From Rebecca billardiae RCC1528 (Eukaryota; Protista; Haptophyta), in NCBI GenBank assembly GCA_965240325.2, contig OZ251248.1, positions 310,001 through 374,000 on the forward strand: DNA of 64,000 nt, given 5' to 3'. Shown here piece by piece: positions 57,240 to 64,000 of the stretch. A program made the translations under genes and the position numbers. Position 1 is the stretch's first letter. Each line of letters begins with the position of its first letter. Under the pieces are notes generated by a model that saw only the letters and a list, made by a program, of their open reading frames with translations, ran no database searches and had not been told where the DNA came from.

Positions 57240-58676
57240 ATGGCCGCGGCGGCGCGCTTCATCCCGTCCGATCTGGCCCGCCTGCACTCGCTGGTGGCAC
57301 CTGCCGAGCTGAATGGCCACGTGGTGATGGTCACCGCGCCGTACAATGACGAGACCGACCGCTACCGCGTCCAGCCGGCCCTGCCCGACGCGGCACCGCT
57401 CAGCGTGCGCCCGGCCAACCTGCAGCCGCTCGACGACGAGACGGCGCGCGGCGACGCGATCGTGTACCTCCGCTCAGTGGCCGAGCTGATGGCGGTGCTC
57501 AACGACGCCGAGCCGCAGCGCTGGGTCAAGCTGGGCCTGCTCGCGTCGGCCGCGCCGCCCGCCGACGTGCTCTCGGCGATGCTCGGCGTCCGCATCACGT
57601 CGGATGCGGAGCGGCTCGAAGCGTACGTTCGCGCCGAGGTGCGCGCGAGCGCGTTCGGCGCGCGATTCCCGGGCGTCTTCGAGCAGGTCGAGCCGGTGTG
57701 CCCGCGGTACGGCGCCGCCTCCTCCTACCCGCACGGCACGCGCCGATGCCCGTGCACGCGCCGGCCGGGCAACCTCGAGGTGACCCCCGCCGAGCTGGCG
57801 CTCCTGCACCTAGATGAGCCGGCCGCTCGCAAGTTCGTCCGCTCGGGGGTCGAGCCCGCGGCGCAGGTGCGCGAGAAGTCGGGGCGCACGCTGTTCCACC
57901 GCGCGGTCGTGATGGGCTTCCCCGACTTCGCGCACTGGCTCGCCACCGACGAGTCGCTGCCCGCCGCGTGGCGCGTGCCTTCGCTGCTCACCCGCGCCGA
58001 CTGCTACGGGCAGACGCCTTTGCACTGCGCGGCTGCCAACTCGTACGAGGGGCTGGTCAGGCTGCTGCTCGCCGCCGGCGCCGATCCGAGCGGCGCGGAC
58101 GAGGACGGGTACACGGCGCTCCACGGCGCGGCGGGCACCGGCGTGGGCGCGGCGGAGCTTTCGCTCGGCGTCGCTCGCGCGCTGCTGAGCGCAATCGAGC
58201 AGCGGGGCGGCGCGGACGCGGCGCGCGCCGCCATCATGGCGCCGGCGGGCGCGGGGCCGGACACGCCGCTCTGCTTCGCATGCATGCCGAAGCGCAAGCG
58301 CGCCAGCCAGGTGCAGCTGCTCCGCCTCTTCCACGAGAAGGGCGCGCGCTTCCTGCCCAGCTGCCGCGCGCGCGCCGACCACCCGTGCACCAACTTCATG
58401 TGCCACGTGCGCGGCTGCGTGGATATCTGCGGCCTGCCGGAGGGGGAGGCGCTGCGCCGGCTGCGCGGGGAGCAGGGGAGCGCGGCGGCGTGCGCCGCGT
58501 GCGACGCGCCCGGGGCGACGCTCCAGTGCGCGCGCTGCCGCATCGCCATGTACTGCGGCCGCGAGTGCCAGCGCCGCCACTGGCGGGCCGCGCACAAGGC
58601 CGAGTGCGGCGCGCGCGCCATGCAGCAGCACGCAGAGGCGCGGGCCTCCCACTCCCAGGCGGCCGCCGCGCACTGA
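57240..58676 (+). CDS. Ankyrin-repeat and MYND zinc-finger protein, intronless, 478 aa
   Basis: Ankyrin motifs GRTLFHRA, YGQTPLHCAA and DGYTALHGAA. The C-terminus is CAAC...CARCRIAMYCGRECQRRHWRAAHKAEC. Confidence 0.85.
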   Translation: MAAAARFIPSDLARLHSLVAPAELNGHVVMVTAPYNDETDRYRVQPALPDAAPLSVRPANLQPLDDETARGDAIVYLRSVAELMAVLNDAEPQRWVKLGLLASAAPPADVLSAMLGVRITSDAERLEAYVRAEVRASAFGARFPGVFEQVEPVCPRYGAASSYPHGTRRCPCTRRPGNLEVTPAELALLHLDEPAARKFVRSGVEPAAQVREKSGRTLFHRAVVMGFPDFAHWLATDESLPAAWRVPSLLTRADCYGQTPLHCAAANSYEGLVRLLLAAGADPSGADEDGYTALHGAAGTGVGAAELSLGVARALLSAIEQRGGADAARAAIMAPAGAGPDTPLCFACMPKRKRASQVQLLRLFHEKGARFLPSCRARADHPCTNFMCHVRGCVDICGLPEGEALRRLRGEQGSAAACAACDAPGATLQCARCRIAMYCGRECQRRHWRAAHKAECGARAMQQHAEARASHSQAAAAH

Positions 58677-59380
58677 CTGCCTGCGCCCCGCCGCCGGGCG
58701 GCCGGGCGATGCGCTCGAGCACCAGATGGCGTGAGCGCAGGCACGCCGCCGCCGTGGCGGGCGTGCGGCGCCTGCGCGCGGCATCACGCCGACCGTACGC
58801 CAGTATGTGATGGCGGCAGCTGATGACGAGACTATACTGCTGGCTCCGCGCGCTCCGACCGCGACGACGCTGGTCCGCCGTGCTGTCAGCTGTGCCTGTG
58901 ATGAATAAGTGTGATCCGCGCCGCGTAGCATATCAGCATGCAGTCGCGTATATAGGACGCGTACGTACGTATATATATATATATACGCTGCTGCTGCTTC
59001 GCGCATGTCGTGCAGCAGTCGTAATAACATTATATATATTTATTATTTGTATATTGCGCGCGCTGCTATATTCGCTGATATGGCGCGCGCCGGACCAACG
59101 ACATGGCGGATGATATGTAGTAGTATAGCAGCATCAGTATGATATACGACGGCCAGCGCATCGACAGCTAGCGCGCCAGCGCGGCCGACTCGGACGAGCA
59201 GCAGCAGCAGACGAGTGGCGGTAACCCCGCGCGCCGGCATCATCATCAGCAGGCGGCCGCTGCCTGCGGGCAGAGAGTTCCGCCGTCTTCCGATCGCAAC
59301 ATCTGACGCCAACCGCAGCCCGGATGCGCGGGCGGAGCAGCAGCACGCTCCGCTGCATCATCAAGACTCACTGCTACTGG

Positions 59381-60362
59381 TTATTCCTCGAGCTTGATGA
59401 GCCCGTGCTTCTTCTTGCCAGAGGACACCTTGAGCTGGCCGTCTGTGAACTGCTCGGCCGTGACCACGAGCGTGTCGTCGCCGATCTTCTCGTCGTTCAG
59501 CCGCGCGCCGCCGCCCTGGATCAGCCTCCGCACCTCCGACTTGGACTTTGCGAAGCCGAGCTTGGTGAAGAGCTCGACGACCGGGACGCCGCCGTCGAGC
59601 TCGGCGCGGCCGAGTGAGACGGACGGAAGGTCCTCGAGCCCGCCGCCGGCGGCGGCGCCGTCGGTCTTGAAGAGCTGCGCGGCCGTCTCCTTGATCGAGT
59701 CGAGTACTCCCGCGCCGTGCAGGAGCCGTGTCGTCTCGTCGGCGAGAACGACCTGCGGCGGCGGAGGAGGCGCGCGCGGGGGTGGCGCGCCGCGCGCGCG
59801 GCACACGCGCGGTGCGGTCAGTGCCGGATGGGGCGGGGGAGGCGGAGGCGGGGCGACTGGCGCCGGGCGGCATGGGCTGTGACCGCGCGTGCGCGACAGT
59901 CACCAGCGCGAGGGCGGGCCACGCGTCGCGCGTCGCAGCAGCCAGTGCCGCTCTCGCGCACAGCGCAGCGCGGGGCAGCGCAGGGCCGCGCGGGGCAGCG
60001 CGGGGCAGCGTAGCGCCGCGCACGGGGCGCGCGCGCGCGTGCGTCGGCTTGCCTTGGCATCGTTGATGGCCTGGCCCTGCAGCTGCGCGAGCTCAGCGAT
60101 GCGCTCGTCTGCGGGCGAGCAGGCGGCGTGGCGGGGCGGCGGGGTGTGGGGCACGATGGCGGCGGCGCGGTGCTCAGGGCGGGAGGCCCGGCGCTCGCTC
60201 ACGGGGGCCGGGCGCCGCTGGGCGCGCAGGCAGATTGCGCGAGATTGCGCGAGATTGCGCGAGATTGCGCGAGATTGCGCGCACGCGCGCGCGGCCAGGC
60301 GGCAGCGACGGGCGCGGAGCCGTTCGCGCGTGCGCGCGAACGGCCGAGCGTGGCAGCGGTGC

Positions 60363-60402
<40 letters not shown>

Positions 60403-62995
60403 ACCTGGTAGCTCGGTGAACAGCTTGAGGAATCGGATCACGTCGGCGTCGGCGGTGTTGCGCCTGCGCGCGCCAACGCGCCCGTCCGATGGCGGGCGTC
60501 GCCCGGGCGCGCGCGCCGCGGCGTGAGCTTAGCGCGCGCGGTGGCGCCTCAGAGTCGCGCGTGCCTCGACACACCGTCGCCCGCGGCGCGCTCGGCGGCA
60601 GTGCCGGCAGCCGTGCGGGCTACTCCCAGCCGGACCCCGGAGCCCTACCCCCGAGCCCACAGCCCACCGGCGGCACACCCGGACACCGCCACCGGGCCGG
60701 GCCGCGCCGCGCGCGGCACGCCCCCACGCGCACGCGCGCCGCGCGCAGCACGCCCCCACGCGCACGCGCGCCGCGCGCAGCAGGCGGCACACACCAGTAT
60801 TGCCAGTAATCGTACGGGCTCAGGAGGTCGGCATTGAGCCACACGGCGCCGCCCATCGACTTGCCCATCTTCTTGCCGTCCTGCGCACCGCACGCGCAGT
60901 GCGGGCGTGCGCGCGGGGTCCGGCGGTGGGCTGCGCCGAGGCGAGTGCGCGCGTGTGCACCCTGGCTTGCACGCGCGTGCGCGTGCGCTGAGGCGTGCGC
61001 GCGCGTGTGCACCCCGCTTGCACGCTGAGGCAGGCTTAGGCGCAGGAGCGCTGAGGCGCGGGGCGCGCGCGCGCGCGCGTGCCGCTGTCGTGATGAGCGG
61101 CGCGGTGAGTCCGAACAGCTCCGCGTCCTCGACGCGCCGCGCGAGCTCGACGCCTGCGCACGCCCACGGCACACACGGCGCGCCGCCGCGCCCGCCGCAG
61201 CGCAGGTCGGGCGCAGCGCGCGGCGGCGCGCGCGTGCGCACGCCGCGCGCGCGCGCACGGCGCCGCAGCGCGGCCGCTGGGTGCCCGGCGGTTTCACACA
61301 CGCGGCACACGCACCGTTGATGATGTTGCCCCACTGGTCGCTGCCGCCCAGCTGCAGCCGGCAGCCGTACCGTCGCCACAGCTCCACAAAGTCGTACGCC
61401 TGGCGGTTACGCGGCGGTTACGCGGCGGCATGGGCGGTTACACGGCGGCATAGGCGGTTACACGGCGGTGTAGGTAGATACGCGACGGCATGGTCGCCCA
61501 CCCTCCGGCCGCGCGCAGCGGCAGCAAGACGCCGGTAGTGTCGCGCGCGCGCGCGCGCGGCCGGGCGGTGCGCTGTGTGCTCGCGCGGGCGCAGCGCGGA
61601 AAAATAATCAAGAAGAAAATGAAGAGCAATAAAAAGGGCGCCGGGAGCGCACCTGCAGAATCATGTAGTTGAACTCGAGGAAGGTGAGCGGCTGCTCGCG
61701 CTCCAGCCGCTGCTTGACCGACTCGAACGAGAGCATCCGGTTGATCGTGAAGTGCCGCCCGTAGTCACGCAGCAGCGGCAAATAGCGCAACGAGTTGAGC
61801 CACTCGTCATTATTCACAAGCACCGCGTCGGTCGGGCCGTCGCCAAAGGTGAGAAACTTCTCAAAGACCTGCGGCCGGGGCGAGCGTAGGGCGGCGCAGC
61901 AGCAGCAGCAGCCGGTGGCGTGCGGAGGCGCGAGGAGCGGGGCGCTCGGCGTGGGCGGCAGCGCGGGCAGGCCGCGGGCGGCCCGGAGGCCTGGGCGAGC
62001 GCGCGGTGGCAGGACAGTGGGACAGCGCCGCGCAACTGCTGGGGTGGCGCGGCGCCCGGCTACGCTCGACGAGCGACGAGCGCGCGCGGCCGTGTGCGCG
62101 CACGCAACGCACACGCGCTCGCGCCGCCCACGCGCGCGCCCACGCGCACGCGCGGGTGCACGCCGCAAGCAGCAAGTGAGTAGTACCCACCTGGGTAATG
62201 CCGCGAATATTCTCATCGATCTTGTCGTCTGTGAGTAGCTGGCGCGTCGTGTCGCGGCCGGACGGGTCGCCGACCTTGGTGGTGCCGCCGCCGACGAGCA
62301 CGACGGGCTTGTGCCCGCATTGCTGCGCGCCGCCGCCGCCGCCGCGCGCGCCACAACCCGCGCGCGCGCGCGGTCGGAGGTTAGCCGCAGCGTATGCGCG
62401 CGGAGCGACGGCAGGCGATCTAGCTGCGGTCGGCGCGCGGCGTGCGCGCGCGCGCGCAGCGCCGCGCCGCGCCGCAACGAGCCCTGCGCGGCGCCACGCC
62501 CACGAGCAGCCGGCGGCTCGCTGTCCCACGGCCCCATCGGCCGCCCCCGCGGCCGCACACCGCGCCGGCGCCGCGCGCTCCTGAGCGGCGCACCTGCAAT
62601 TTGCGCAGGACCATGATTTGCAGGAGGGAGCCCACATGCAGGCTGCTGGCGGTGGCGTCGAAGCCGAGGTAGACGGGGACGCTCGTCGTGCTCATCAGCT
62701 CGTCGAGCGCCTCGATGTTCGAGCACTGGTACAGGTACCCGCGCGACTGCATCGCGCGCAGGAAGGACGAGGCGAGGGGCTTAGCAGAGTCCACCGCCGC
62801 CGCCGCCTCGTCCGCCTCGACCGCGCCCGTCGCGGCGAGCCGGATCGGCCGGCGGAGCAGCGCGGGGCCGCGTCCGAGCACGCGTGACGCGCTCGCGACG
62901 CGCGCGCCGGCGTGCGCCCCGGCGCGCAACGCCGCGGCGCTCGCGATCGACGCGCCGAGCGTGACGATCATCACGTAGGCCGAGCGAGGCAGCAT
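59381..62995 (-). CDS. tyrS: Organellar (bacterial-type) tyrosine--tRNA ligase, 492 aa; exons 62995-62594, 62322-62191, 61868-61653, 61399-61315, 61153-61083, 60880-60795, 60463-60405, 60108-60053, 59752-59381
   Basis: Motifs [15 protein letters not shown] (HIGH-like), [34 protein letters not shown] and a C-terminal S4-like domain. Eight introns have consistent phases, two with GC donors. Confidence 0.95.
60231..60280. repeat. (GAGATTGCGC)x5 intronic minisatellite
   Basis: 10-bp unit repeated five times in a tyrS intron. Confidence 0.9.
61402..61470. repeat. Intronic short repeat GGCGGTTAC(A/G)CGGC
   Basis: Four imperfect copies next to a tyrS acceptor site. Confidence 0.75.
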
Positions 62996-63240
62996 CGCAA
63001 TGGACGTCGCGCCGGGAGACAGTTCGCGCGACTCCGGGATGTCTCGCCCGGTTGTCCGGAAGGCCGGGCATTTTCGCCGCGCCATATTATTTTGCGTATA
63101 CACCAGCATCATTTTTCGGCGCTTATTTGGGTCGGGCGTCGGAATTAATCATACGCCGCGCGTCGGAACTCGCGGCTGCGGACGACGGCCAGCGCCATTC
63201 TGTAATATTATTGACTGCTCCGCGCCGCGCCGCTCAGCCG

Positions 63241-64000
63241 TCAGCGGTGATAACCGCGCGCGCACGCGGGCGGCGGGATGCCCGGGTGCGCGCCCATGAA
63301 CGCACCGGGCGGCGGCGCAGCCGAGCGCCCGACGTCGAAGCCGCGCCGCTCGCCGCGCACGCCCACGACCGCGCCGTGCGCGGGCCCGCCCGGCTGCGTG
63401 TGCTGATGCGCCGGGTGGTGGTGGTGACAGCAATGGCCGCCGCCCAGCGGCGGCTCGCCCATCGCCATGCCGGATGCCATGCCGCCGCCCGGCCCCGGCG
63501 GCGCCGCGTGGCCAACGACCGCACCCGCGTAGATCGGCGCGCCGGGCGCGGCGCCGTGCGGCGGCGGCGCGGGCGGCGCGCACACGTGGCCAAACGCCAC
63601 GCCCGCGCCCGAGCCCGGCAGCGGGCCGCTGTCGGCGTGCTGCGCGCCGCCGTGCCCGTCGCAGCCGCCGCCGTACGGCGAGCCGTGCGCCGCCACCATC
63701 CTCGGCTGGCCGTGTGCGGGCCCGGCGCCAGCCGTGCCGATCGGGAGCCCCAGCGCGGGCTGCTGCTGCTGCGGCTGCTGCTGCGGCGGCGGCGCGGTGG
63801 CGTAGCCGTGCGCGGGCGCAGCGCCGCCGCCCGGCCCGATCCGGTCTGGCCGGCCGCACGCCGGGCCGCCGCCCTGCGGCGCGCACGCGCCGCCGGGGCG
63901 CGGCCTCCCCATGCTGAGCGCGCGCGCGCAGCGCACGCCCGCGCCGCCCTCGGCGTCGGCGCCGAGCGCCGCCGAGCACGCGCCGCCGGCGCGCAGCCCC
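63241..64000 (-). CDS. 3' end of a gene encoding a Gly/Pro/His/Gln-rich low-complexity C-terminus (runs off the window)
   Basis: The frame is open from the window edge to a TGA at 63241, with composition like the disordered tails of other genes here. No domain was recognised. Confidence 0.5.
   Translation of the reverse strand, partial: GLRAGGACSAALGADAEGGAGVRCARALSMGRPRPGGACAPQGGGPACGRPDRIGPGGGAAPAHGYATAPPPQQQPQQQQPALGLPIGTAGAGPAHGQPRMVAAHGSPYGGGCDGHGGAQHADSGPLPGSGAGVAFGHVCAPPAPPPHGAAPGAPIYAGAVVGHAAPPGPGGGMASGMAMGEPPLGGGHCCHHHHPAHQHTQPGGPAHGAVVGVRGERRGFDVGRSAAPPPGAFMGAHPGIPPPACARGYHR

Noticed and set aside
60231-61470. Short repeats considered as CRISPR-like arrays
   Set aside because: They are intronic tandem repeats with no unique spacers, and no cas genes are present.

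Overview
Very GC-rich, intron-containing eukaryotic DNA. The CG-run introns, GC-AG donors and signal-plus-transit peptides suggest a secondary-plastid alga, probably a Pavlovales-type haptophyte (inference). Bases 1-14 kb are an accessory block. It holds a foldback repeat, two convergent intronless paralogues of a GT92/GT2-like glycosyltransferase fused to a decayed sulfotransferase-like domain, an insertion-riddled pseudogene fragment, and three transposon insertions stacked at one site (two CACAGT-ended ~2 kb elements and a Tc1/mariner-type MITE). Bases 14-64 kb hold genes that I spliced by hand, checking donor/acceptor sites and exon phases. These are PAN2, CARNMT1, WASHC2/FAM21, a ~2970-aa channel with two 6TM-CNBD-ankyrin modules, NDC80, a stand-alone plastid-type GIY-YIG protein, a membrane-anchored non-canonical GlmS-like protein, an MHYT-glutaminase fusion, an ankyrin-MYND protein, an organellar TyrRS and the 3' end of a Gly/Pro-rich gene. 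The strongest candidate for an undescribed system is the MHYT membrane sensor fused to an apparently intact glutaminase (53953-56876). It is hidden in the ORF track by four introns and sits directly downstream of a second membrane-tethered glutamine-hydrolysing protein. No rRNA, tRNA or CRISPR array was recognised. All family assignments come from motif recognition by eye, not from database searches.
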